Positions 1 through 12,025 of a stretch of 64,000 nucleotides of DNA are shown here, piece after piece. The notes beneath the pieces were generated by a model. The model ran no database searches. It was not told where the DNA came from and saw only the letters and a list, made by a program, of their open reading frames with translations. The stretch comes from Leucoraja ocellata (Eukaryota), in assembly GCA_036785375.1 (NCBI GenBank), contig JAWMAR010000546.1, positions 1,116,001-1,180,000 of the forward strand. The letters run 5' to 3'. Made by a program: the position numbers and the translations under genes. How positions within the stretch are numbered: position 1 is the stretch's first letter; each line of letters begins with the position of its first letter.

Positions 1-2191
1 GGTTATTAGCCTTAATAAGTTTGGAATACTAATTTCTGGTTTTGTAATGTAAATTAATACATCATCTGCGTATAGAGAAATTTTATTCACTGTGTCCTTT
101 GTGTTATACCCATGTATTTCCGGATGCCCCCTAACTCTTTCTGCCAGTGGCTCAATAGCAAGCGCAAGTAATAATGGAGATAACGGGCATCCTTGTCTAC
201 AACCTCTAGATAGGCTAAATTTAGATGACAACCTTTGGTTAGTAAATATTCTAGCCGTGGGATTTGTATATAACAGTTTTATCCATGTACAGAATTTCTC
301 CCCTAGCTGCATCTTTTCCATCACCGAAAATAAATAAGACCATTCGACCTGATCAAATGCTTTTTCAGCGTCAAGTGAGATTATTGCTAGATCTTCATTA
401 ATAATTCTCTTGGAATATATAATATTAAATAATCTTCTTAGATTATAATATGAGTACCGTTTCTGAATAAAACCTGTTTGGTCAGGGTGTATTAATTTAT
501 TCATCACTGTACTTAATCTATGCGCTAGTATTTTAGTTAATATTTTCTGGTCTGTATTTAAAAGTGCAATTGCTCTGTATGATCCCGGGTCTTCCGGATC
601 TTTATCAGCTTTAGGAATAAGTGTTATTATAGATTCATTTAAAGTGTCTGGAAGTTTCTGTTGAGTATAGATATACTCATACAGTCTTTGTAAACGTGGG
701 CAAAGCAAATCATAAATTTTTTTGTAAAATTCGGAGCCTAAACCATCTGGCCCTACTGCTTTACCATTTTTTAAAGAGCCAATAGACTCCTCAATATCCT
801 TTATCGTAATCTCCCTTTCTAATAATTCTCTATCGTTTGAATCTAAACCTTTTAAATTACATTTTATTAAAAAATCTGCTATTCCTTCTGATTGTGCTAC
901 GGTTTTAGTTGAATAAAGGTTATGATAGTATTGGAGAAATCTATCATTTATGTCCTTGGGCATTTTTAATAATTCTCCTGTCTCTGTTCTAATTTTATGA
1001 ATTATTTTTTCCCCTTCCATTTTTCGTAACTGGCGTGCTAATAGTTTTTGTGGTTTGTCTCCAAATTCAAAATGTAATTGTTTGGTTTTTTGATAAAGTT
1101 TTATTACTTGTTCTGAATACATTTTATTTAATTTATATTTCAATACAGCAATTTTATTATGTTTTAACGTAGATGGCATTCTCGCATTTTCTATATCTAG
1201 TTGCTTGATTTCACTTTCCAATGTCTGTTGCTTAATCCTGTTCTCTTTATTATAAAATGCTTGAGCAGAAATTAATGTACCTCGAACATACGCTTTGAAC
1301 GTTTCCCACATAAGAGAAGTGGGTGTGTCAGGGTTGTCATTTACCTCAAAAAATATTTGAATCTGTTTAATAATATATTCCTGGCATGATCTTTCGTTCA
1401 AAATTTGTGGGTTAAATCTCCAATATGCTTGTTTCTCGGACATTCCATTTAATTTAATCATGAATGTTACAGGTGCGTGACCTGAGATTATAATGTTATG
1501 GTATTTTGAATTATAAATAAATGGGATAAACGTAGCGTCAACTAAAAAATAATCTATTCTTGAGTATGTTTTGTGTACTGGTGAGTAAAATGAATATTCC
1601 CGTCCAGTTGGGTTTTCTATTCTCCAGACATCCTTAATATTAGTGGTATTAATAAATGAATTTAAAAATACACTTGATTGAGATTTTGCTTTTTTTTGCC
1701 TTGATGATCTATCTAAGTATGAATCTAATGTACAATTGAAGTCTCCTCCAATTATTAATTTATATTGTGTAAATTCAGGAATTTTATTAAATGTTTTATT
1801 AAAAAACGTGGGGTTATCAAAATTAGGCCCATAAACATTAAGAAGGATCACTTTTTCTCCATTTAACTCTCCAACTAGTATAATATATCTACCATCAATA
1901 TCCACTATTGTTGAAGAGTTCGTAAAAGGTATTCCTTTACGAATTACTATTGCAACTCCTCTGGACTTGTGGGAAAAGGAGGAATGATATGATTCAGCGA
2001 TCCACTTAGCTTTAAGTCTATGTTGAGATTCCTTTTTAAGGTGTGTTTCTTGAAGAAATATTATATCTGTTTTGATTAAATTTAGATGTGCCAAAACTTT
2101 ACTTCTCTTAATTGGTTCATTGATTCCCTTGACATTCCAACTACAAAATGTTATTCCCTGACCCCCCTCTTGTCATGTTAACATCTTGCAT
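1..2191 (-). mobile_element. L1-clade LINE ORF2 (APE endonuclease + reverse transcriptase), 5'-truncated, running off the window start
   Basis: Manual minus-strand translation gives SWNVKGIN, FLQETH, NVYGPN, IIGGDFN, YSRIDY (endonuclease) and YRAIALLN, DQTGF, SLDAEKAFD, RQGCPLSP, LYADD (RT). The ORF track lists no minus-strand sub-ORF here, consistent with a frame that stays open to position 1. Confidence 0.95.
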
Positions 2192-2585
2192 ATTGTTTCT
2201 AAGGTGGTCTATAACCGAGCAGAAGGTACAACACCTCTAAACCCCTTCCGACCCCCTCCAAACCGCTCCAATCATCTACAGCCCTCCAAATCCCTGTAAA
2301 CACTTCTAAACCACTCTAACCCCCTCGAAAGCCCTCCACACCCATGTAAACCTATCCTATGTAATCCCATGTAACCCCGTGCAAACCCCCCTAAACGCCT
2401 GTAAACCCCCTAAAACCCTCTAAACCACTCTAAACCTCTCTAAACCCCACCTGTAACACTTGTAAACACATATAAACCTCTCTAAACCCCACTAAACCCA
2501 TCTAAAACCCTCTAAACCCCTGTACACTCTAAACCCAGGTAAAACCCTCTAAACCCCACCAAACCCCTCTAACCCCATCTAAACC

Positions 2586-3431
2586 GCGTTTTTTATTATT
2601 TTTTGTCTGTGTTTTTATGTAGTTTTTGTTATTTTATGTTGGGGTGTGTGTGTGGGGGGGATGGGGGTGGGGTGGGAGGGGGGGGGAAACTTTTGAATCT
2701 CTCCCTGCACTGGAGACCCGACCTTTTCTCGTCGGGTCTCAGGTGTCGTTGAGGCCGCAACGAGGAGCGGCCTCCAACGGGAAGAAGCCGGGGACTCTGG
2801 TGCCGACTCACCGTTGCCGTCGCGGAGCTGGCCGAGACCGGAGCGGGTGGAGCGGTGGAGGAGCGCTGCCGCTGCCGCTGCTGCTGCTGCTGCTGCTGCT
2901 GCCGCTGCTGCTGCTGAGTCGGAGGCTGCTACTGCGGGTCTGCGGACGGCTCGGACGACCCCGCGCGGCTCCCTGGAGGGAGACCGCTTTTCGGGGCTCC
3001 TGCAACGGCGAATTCTCCCGCCCGTGTTGCGGGGTCGAAGAGCTCCTGGAGCGGGGCCTAACACCATTGCCCCGCGCGGCTGGAACGGCCGCGGGACTTT
3101 GCGAGCACACACCGGGGGCTCCAACACCAAGACCCGGTGTGCGACCTCGCACCACCCGGCGTGGCTTCAATGGCCGCGGGACAATCGCCATCACCAGCCG
3201 GGGGCTTTGACTTTGACTCTGACATCGCGGGGGGGGGGGGGGGGAGAGTGCAGTGGAGAGATAAGTTTTTTTGGCCTTCCATCACAGTTATGTGATGGAT
3301 GTTTATGTTAAATGTAATTATGTTGTGTCTGGGGTCTATTTGTGTGTAATGTATGGCTGTAGAAACGGCATTTCGTTTGGACCTCCAGGGGTCCAAATGA
3401 CAATTAAATTGACTCTTGACTCTTGACTCTT
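2586..3431 (+). mobile_element. GC/CpG-rich non-autonomous retroposon with internal (GCT/GCC)n tract and (TTGACTC)n tail
   Basis: Inserted in the satellite. Ends ATTTCGTTTGGACC..GGTCCAAATGACAATTAAA(TTGACTC)n. 5' and 3' ends resemble the copies at 9048-12096 and 52140-52790. Trinucleotide tract at about 2864-2916. Confidence 0.7.
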
Positions 3432-6400
3432 AAACCCCTCTAAATCCCTCCAAACCACTCTAAATTGCTCCAGATCCATCTAAACCTCCCCAAAACCATC
3501 TAAACACCCCCAAACCTCTCTAAACCCATGTAAAGCCCTCTAAACACATATACACCCCTTGTAAACCCCATGTAAACCCATCGAAACCCAGGTGAACCAC
3601 TCTAAACGCCTCTAAACCCGTATAAAGCCCGCTAAACCCCGCTAAACCCCTGTAAACCACTCTAAACCCCCCCCTATAAACTCACATAAACCCATCTAAA
3701 CCCCCTGTAAACCGCACGTAAACCCCTCTACACCCTTGTTAACGCCTCTAAACATTGTAAACCCGTCCAAACCTCCAAACACCTGAAATCCACTCTAATC
3801 CCCTCCAATCCTCTCCAGAACCCTCCAATCCCCACAAAACCCCGACAGACACCATCCAAACCCCTCTAAACCCCCTGTAAAGCCAATGTAAACTCGTCAA
3901 AACCCAAACCGCTCTAAATCGTTTTAAACCCCTCTAAATCTCTCTACACCGGTAAACACCTGTAAACCCCTGTAAACCCCTCTAAACCCGCTAAATCCAT
4001 CTAAAACCCTCTAAACCCCTCTGAGCCCCTGTAAATTCTTCTAAACCCCTGTAAACCCCCATAAGTCCCTCTAAACCCCTGAAAACCTCTCTAAAACCCT
4101 TTAAATCCCTGTAAATTACTCTAAACCTCTCCACAAATATAAACACTTGTCAACCCCTTTAAATTCCTCTAAACCCCGCTAAAACAATCTAAAACACTCT
4201 ACTCCTCTAAACACCCGTACAACATTCTAACCCCCGGAAAACCCCTGCAAACCCCTCTAAACCCCTCTAATCCCCTGTAATCCTCTCTAAACCCCTAAAC
4301 CTCTCTAAACACCTGTAAACACTTGTAAACACCTGTAAACCTCTCTAAACACATGTAAACCTCTCTAAACACCAATGCACCCCTATAAAACCATCGAAAC
4401 CCCTCTAAACCCCTGTACCCCCTAAACCCATGTAAATCCGTCCAAACTCCGCAAAACCCCTCTAACCCCCTCCAGACCCATATAAAGTCATCTAAACCCA
4501 TATAACCCTTGTAAGCCCCATGTAAACCCATCTAAACCCCGGTGAACCACTCTAAACGCATCTAATCCCGTATAAAGCCCGCTAAACTCCTCTAAATCCC
4601 CTGTAAACCACTCTAAACCCCGATAAACGCAGATAAAGCCCTCTAACCCCCCTGTAAACCCTACGTAAACCCCTCTACACCACTATTAACCCCTCCAAAC
4701 CCTGTAGCTCCCTCCAAACCTCTCCAAACACCTGAAATCACCTCTAAACCCCTCCAAACCGCTCTAATCCTCTGTAGAATGCTCCAATCCCCACCAAACC
4801 CCTCTAAACACCATCCAAACCCGTTGTAAACCCTAGGTAACCGCGTCTAAACCCAAACCCCTCTAAATTCCTATAGCCCTCTAAACCCCTCGAACACCCT
4901 GTAAACCCTTCTAAACCCCTGTAAACCCCAGGTAACCCCCCTAAACCGTTGTAAACCCCATGTAAACCTCTCTAAACCACTCTAAAGCCATATAAACCCC
5001 TGTAAACCCCATGTAAACCCATCTGAACCCCGGTGAACCACTCTAAACGCCCCTAACCCCGTATAAAGCCCGTTAAACCCCTCTAAACCCATGCAACCCT
5101 TTATAAACCCCTATAAAGCCCCGTAAACCCTTCTGAACCCCCTGCAAACTCGATGTACACCCTCCAAAACCCCTGTAAACCTCATGTAAACACCCCTAAC
5201 CCCCCATCTAAACCCCCTATAAAACTACACAAACCCCTGTAAACCCATATAAACCCCTGTAATCCTCCCTAAAACTCTCTAAACCACTCTAAACATCTCT
5301 GAACAACTGTGAATCCCTCTAAACCCCTCCAAACCCATCTAACCCGCTCTAAATATCTCCAAACCGCTCCAAACCGCCCCAAACCCCTCTAAACCCATCC
5401 AAAATCCACCCACCCATATAAAGCCCTCTAAACCTCTATCCACCCTGTAAACCTCATGTAAACTCCTCTAAATCCATGTGATTCATTTTAAACGCCTCTA
5501 AACCGCAATAAAGCCCGCTAAACCCCTCTAAACCCATGTAAACCCCTCTAAACCCCCTATAAAGCCATGTAAACCCTTGTAAACCTCTCTACACCTATAA
5601 ACACCTGTAAACCCCATGTAAACTCTAAACCCCTGTAAACCCCACTAAACTCCTCTAAATCCTTGTAAACGATTGTGAACCCATGCAAACCTCTCTAAAC
5701 ATCTCTAAAACCCTGTAAACACCTTTAAACCCCTATACACCCCCTGTAAACCCCCTGTAAATGCATATGAACCCCTCTACACACCACTAAATCCCCTGTA
5801 AACCCCTCTAACTCCCTCTAGACATCTCTAAACCCATCTAAACTAAACCTCTCCAGACTCCTCCAACCCCCTCTAAACCCCCGTCCAAAGCCCTCTAAAC
5901 CCCATGTAAAGCCCTCTAACCCCATCTAGACCACCTGTAAACCCCATGTAAACACATCTAAATGCCTGCAAACCACTCACAACCCCTCAAACCCTTATAA
6001 AGCCCTCTTAACCCCTGTAAACACCTCTAAAACCATATAAAACACTCAAACCCCTCAAAACCCATCTAAACCCCATGTAGACCCCCCCCCTAACCCCTGT
6101 GAACCTCTGTAAACCTCTCTAAAACACTCAAAACCCCTCTAAACCGCTCTAAACATCTGCAAACACCTGTAAACCCCTCTAAACCCCCTATAAACCCATC
6201 TAAAACCCCTCATGTAAATCCCTGTAACTCCCTCTAAACACCTCTAAACACGTGTAAACCCCTCCGAACCTCTGTAAACCCCTCTAAACACCTTTAATCC
6301 CATGTAAACCGCAGTAAACGCCGCTAAGCCCCAGTAGACGCCTGTAAACCCCTCTAGACCACTGTGAACCCCGGTAAAGCCCTCTATAACCATCTAACCC

Positions 6401-6614
6401 CCCTGTAAACCCCCTGTAAACCCCTCTAAACCCCATGTAAACATGTCTAAACCCCTGTAAACCACGCTAAACCCCTCTAAACCACTATAATCCCCGGTAA
6501 ATCCTTTTAAACCCCTGTAAACCCCTGCAAACCTCTCTAAGCATCTCTAAAACCCTCTACGCCCATATATACCCCTCTAAACCACTCTAAACCTCGCTAA
6601 ACATCTGCAAGCAC

Positions 6615-6814
6615 NNNNNNNNNNNNNNNNNNNNNNNNNNNNNNNNNNNNNNNNNNNNNNNNNNNNNNNNNNNNNNNNNNNNNNNNNNNNNNNNNNNNNN
6701 NNNNNNNNNNNNNNNNNNNNNNNNNNNNNNNNNNNNNNNNNNNNNNNNNNNNNNNNNNNNNNNNNNNNNNNNNNNNNNNNNNNNNNNNNNNNNNNNNNNN
6801 NNNNNNNNNNNNNN
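6615..6814. other. Assembly gap (200 N)
   Basis: Run of N. Confidence 1.
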
Positions 6815-9442
6815 GTAAACCCCTGTAAACCCCCTGTAACCCCCTCTAAAGACCTGTAAAACCCTGTAAACCATTGTAAACCCATGTAAACTTTTCTAAA
6901 CATCTGTAAACCTCTGTAAACAACTCTAAATCCCTCTAAACCACTATAAGCCCCTGTAAACCCCCTGTAAATGCACCTGAACCCCTCTAAATAATCTAAA
7001 ACCCTGTTAACCGCTCTAAACCTCTGTGAATCTCTCTAAACCCCACCAAACCTCTCTAACCGCCTCTAAACATCTCTAAACCCCTCCAACCCAATCTAAA
7101 TCTCTCCAGACCCCTCCAATCCCATCCAAACCTCTCCAAACACCACTAAACCCCGTGTAAACCAGTCTAAACACATAAACTCATCTCAACCTCTCTAAAC
7201 CCATATAAAGCCCTTTAACCACTCAAAACTAATCTAGACCCCCCTGTAAACCCATGTAAACCCCCCTAACCCCATGTAAAGCTCTATAAACCCCTGTGAA
7301 CCTCTCTAAAACACTCTAAAGCCGCCTAAATCCCTCTAAACCTCTAAACACTCTTAACCCGTGTAAACCAAACTAAACCCATCTAAACCCCTGTACATCC
7401 CTCTAAACCCCTCTAAACACCTCAAAACACTTGTAAACCTCGGTAAGCCCCGCTAAGCCCCAACAAAACCCTCTAAAACCCCTCTAAACACCCTATAAAG
7501 ACCTCTAAGCCCATCTAACCCCATGTAAACCGCTGAAAAGACCTGTAAACCCCACGTAAACCAGTCTAAACACCTGTAAACCTCTCTAAAACCATTTAAA
7601 CCGCTCTAAACCACTATAAACCTCTCTAAATATCTGTAAACACCCGTAAAACATCTAAACCCCTCTAAACCCATCTAAAACCCTCTAAACCCATGCAATT
7701 CACTCTAAACCAATGTAAATCACTCTAAACCCCTGCAACCCCCTCTAAACCCCTCCAAACCTCTCCAGACCCCTCTAAACCCCTCCAAACCCATGTAAAC
7801 CCCTCCAAACCACTCTAAACCCATATAAACCCATCTACACCTTTATAAACACCTGTACACCCCATGTAAACTCCTCTAAACCATGTGAACCACTCTAAAC
7901 GCATCTATACCCCATAAAGCAGGCTAAACCCCTCTAAACCCCTCCAAACCCATGTAAACCCCTCCAAACCACTCCAAACCACTCCAAACCCATATAAACC
8001 CATCTACACCTTTATAAACACCTGTACACCCCGTGTAAACTCCTCTAAACCATGTGAACCACTCTAAACGCATCTATACCCCATAAAGCAGGCTAAACCC
8101 CTCTAAAACCACGTAAAACCCCTCTAAACCCATCTAAAACCCCTGTAAACTCCATGTAAACCCCCCTAAATCCCTGTAAACACCAGGTAAACCCCCCTTA
8201 ACCCATGTAAACCACTCTAACCCACTCAAACCTCTCTAAAACCCTCTAACCCCCTGTAAACCCCATCCAAATCTCTCTACACACCTATAAAGTACTCTAA
8301 ACCCCTCAAAACGCATCTAAACCTCTGTAGACCCCAAGTAAACCCCCCTAAACCCCTCTAAACCCCATGTAAACATATTTAACAACTTCTAAAGCCGTCT
8401 AAACCCCTCTAAACACCTGCACACCTGTAAACCACTCTAAACTCATCTAAAACACTCTAAACCATTCTAAACGCCTGTAAATCCCTCTAAAGCCTAGTAA
8501 ATCCCACTAATCCCTCTAAACCCCCTGTAAATCCCATGTAAACACCCCTACACCCCTGTGAACCCTTCCAATCCCCTGTAAGCATCTCTAAAACCCTCTA
8601 AACCCCACTAAACCCCTCTAAACCACTCTAAACCTCTCTAAACACCTGTAAACCTCATGTAAACCCTTGGAAATCTCTTAAAACCCTCCAAACCTCTGTA
8701 AACTCCTCTAAACCTCTGTACACATGTAAACACCTATAAACTCCCTTAAACCTCTCTAACCCCGCTAAACCAATCCAAAACCCTCTAAACCAATCTAACC
8801 TCCTGTAAATCATTCTAAACCCGCTGTAAACCCATTTAACACCCTCTAAAGCCGTCAAAACGCCTGTAAACCCATCCAAACCCCTGTAAATCTCTTGAAA
8901 ACACTCTAAAGCCATCTAAACCCCCTCTAAACCTATCTAAACCTCTCTAAACACCTGCAATCATCTGTAAACCCATCTTCCATCTAAAACCTCTAAACCC
9001 CTGTAAATCCCTCTAACCCCCTCTAAACACCTGTAAACACATGTAAGATTTTTAGGACTTTGAGATTTTTGCCTTCCATCACAGTGAGGAGGTGCCTGGT
9101 GAACTCACTGTGGTGGATGTTAAATTTGTGTTTATTGTGTGTTTTTGTCATTTTTTATTATATATACTAGACCAAGTGCAGACCCGTTGGGTCTATTTCC
9201 CCAACAGCGTTTGTGGGGGGGGGGGGGGGGGGGAGGGGAGGGAGGAGGAGGAAACGGGATAGATTTGGGAGTGAAAGGAGAGCGCGGTAGGGGGTGAGAG
9301 ATGGGGAGAGAGATGTGGGGGAGGGGGGATGGGGAGGAGGGAGGGATGGGGAGAGGGGGTGGGGTAGAGAGGGAAGGGGGTGGGGGAGAAAGGGATGGGT
9401 GGGAGAGGGAGAGGGAGAGGGAGAGGGGTGAGGAGAGGGAAA

Positions 9443-9790
9443 AATAGAAACATAGAAATTAAGAGCAGGAGTAGGCCATTCGGCCCTTCTAGCCTGCACC
9501 ACCATTCAATATGATCATGGCTGATCATCCAACTCAGTATCCTGTACCTGCCTTCTCTCCATACCCCCTGATCCCTTTAGCCACACGGGCCACATCTAAC
9601 TCCCTCTTAAATATAGCCAGTGAACTGGCCTCAACTACCTTCTGTGGCAGAGAGTTCCAAAGACTCACCACTATCTGTGTGAAAAATGTTTTCCTCATCT
9701 CAGTACTAAAAGATTTCACCTTTATCCTTAAACTGTGTGTCCCGCTTGTCCTGGACTTCCCCAACATCGTGAACAATCTTCCTGCATCAG
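9443..9790 (-). mobile_element. CR1 LINE 3' fragment inside the Helitron
   Basis: SRTSGTHSLRIK..FFTQIVVSLWNSLPQKVVEA C-terminal motif plus the (TTTCTATG)-type tail shared with other CR1 copies in the window. Confidence 0.85.
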
Positions 9791-10532
9791 ACAAATGCAA
9801 TTCAGGACTTTTCTCTTCACAAGCAAAGTCAGAATGACGGTTAGTGAAGAATTCGAACAATCGCTGAGCGTTCAAGATGCTGCGCGCACCTCCTGCACCA
9901 AGGCGGGGGGGGGGGGGGGTGGGTGCGTGAGTCGTCACACACGAGATCTTGTAGCGGTGAGCTCCGCTATAAGATCTTTGGTCACACACTAAGCTCGCGC
10001 CTCCACAAACAAATGAGCGTCTTCTTGAATGGAGAGCGTGTGGCTGCCTCCACAAACCGTCACACGCACTGTGGACCCGCCCCCACAAAAAATATTGTGT
10101 GAGGAAGGGGAGGAGGAGGGTGGAGAGGGTGGGGGGGGGGGGGGGAGAAGAGGGGGAGGAGAGGATGGGGGAGAGAGGTGAAGGGGGGGGGGTGTTTGGA
10201 GCGGGCGTGCATGAGTCGAGAGAAGAAAGAAGGGCAGAGAGAGAGGTTGGTACAACAACAAAAAAGCTGGATAAACTCAGCGGGTGCCTTCTTCTGGGTT
10301 TCGGCCAATGGTGACCATTCAATTCGCTCCATAGATGCTGCCGCACCCGCTGAGTTTTATTCAGCTTTTTTTATGTCTACCTTCGATTTTCCAGCATCTG
10401 TAGTTCCTTCTTAAAGACAGAGAATGTGCACAGTAAGGGAATGAGGAGGGAGAGGGGGAAGAGTGTGGAGGGAGGGGGAAGAGTGGGATGGGAGGGGGAG
10501 ACAGGCAAAAGAGTGTGGGGGGGAGGGGAGGT

Positions 10533-10980
10533 CTAAGCTATTACAGTAAATTAAACATTGTCACTAATGCCAGCGTGTTGTAGAGTAATAAGTCTTTAAC
10601 AAATAATCTCGGAGCTGCCTGTGAAAACTTACTGGTACTCGCGGTAAAGTGAAGCCGCGGTCTCAATTAATAAGCGGCCGATTCGCGATCGTGGAGCCGA
10701 GGATGATCTCCGCGGGCGGGCAGGGGTGGGGGGGGGGGGGGGGGGGGGGGCTGTACATAGTGCCGTCTGTAGTGGTCGTTTGCTCGTTTTCAGACCCTGA
10801 TAACGGGAGAAAAACGGAGGGATATCGATCGCTATTTACCGCGAGTACCTAAGTTCCGAAATCGGAGCACTTTTTCCCGGCAAGTTTTCGCAGGCAGCTT
10901 CGAGATTATTTGTTAAAGACTTATTACTCTACAACAGGCTGGCATTAGTGACAATGTTTAATTGACCGTGTTATAGTTTA
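10533..10980. repeat. Foldback/MITE-like element with about 100-bp inverted arms
   Basis: aattaaacattgtcactaatgccagc..gaaaactt at about 10549-10630 is the reverse complement of about 10882-10963. Confidence 0.8.
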
Positions 10981-10998
10981 GGCCCTCAATTTCATGAA

Positions 10999-11052
10999 TG
11001 AGTGAGTGAGTGAGTGAGTGAGTGAGTGAGTGAGTGAGTGAGTGAGTGAGTG
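10999..11052. repeat. (TGAG)n microsatellite
   Basis: Direct reading. Confidence 0.95.
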
Positions 11053-11972
11053 AAAAGTAGGGACTTTGCTTTCTTGCACTTTAATCCACTTCGCAGCACT
11101 TTCTTCAGCCTTTTTTATACTTTTCCCACTAAATACAATGAACCTGTTGCAAGTTTCCATGACATTTATTCTACAGAACAACACATCGGAATCTCCAGTA
11201 AAACAGGCATCTGTGAAGCCCTCTCAGCCATTTTGTGTGCTTGCCTGAAACAAAGCGCATGATTGGCCAACTGGCAGACAACTCAATGTCAAACGTGCTT
11301 TCATTGGACTAAAAAATTCCTGACATTTTTCCCGTTTTTCTCTAATTTAATAAAAATGTGCAAGTCTTCTTCATATCGAGTTTCAGGGGTGATTTATATA
11401 AATATTTTTACACAATATGTGAACATTTCATGTAGTTTAGTGACTTGGGTCACGAAACTGCAGAATAAAGCTCCTCGGCCCACAGCCTATTCCCTGTACT
11501 CCCAATATGGCAACAATGTATTTGAACATTGGGCATTGTGACATCACACGATGGAACGTTCACCGGGGCTGTGGCTCCTGCAAAGGCATATGTAAATGAA
11601 TCCATTCCGATTGGACATCTGTGAGCATCGGGCATTGTGACATCACGCGATGGAACATTCACCAGCGGCTTAAACACGACGAAATGTAATGAGGAGCGGA
11701 TACTTAGAAAGAAAAGCAAAATCTCTACCGAAATGGAAAAGACGTCGGCGATTCTGCGTCCGGTTTCGGAGTTGCGGTGAATCAAAGGAAGATATGCAGC
11801 CAGAAGCCGTACATGCAAATGGATCCATTCCGATTGGACGTCCGCGAGCGTCGGGCATCACGATTGGACGTCCGCGAGCATCAGGCATTGTGACATCGCA
11901 TGGCGGGAACGAATCGAAAGGCAGGAAGGGATCCTTACGGCAGGCGGTCGGATGGGGCCGGAGTTTTAAAAG

Positions 11973-12025
<53 letters not shown>

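Larger units (their letters stand above)
9167..12024 (-). mobile_element. Non-autonomous Helitron carrying captured repeat fragments
   Basis: Minus strand starts TC (12024, in an (ATCT)n tract) and ends with the hairpin AGACCC-AAC-GGGTCT (9194-9180), 9 nt, then CTAG (9170-9167). It sits between A and T with no TSD. Removing it rejoins a retroposon tail (..ttatatata|tgactgcaagg..atgacaataaa..ttgact). Confidence 0.8.

Noticed and set aside
2615-3396. Overlapping poly-Ala/Leu/Ser ORFs
   Set aside because: By-product of a GC-rich repeat with a trinucleotide tract. No domain or exon structure.
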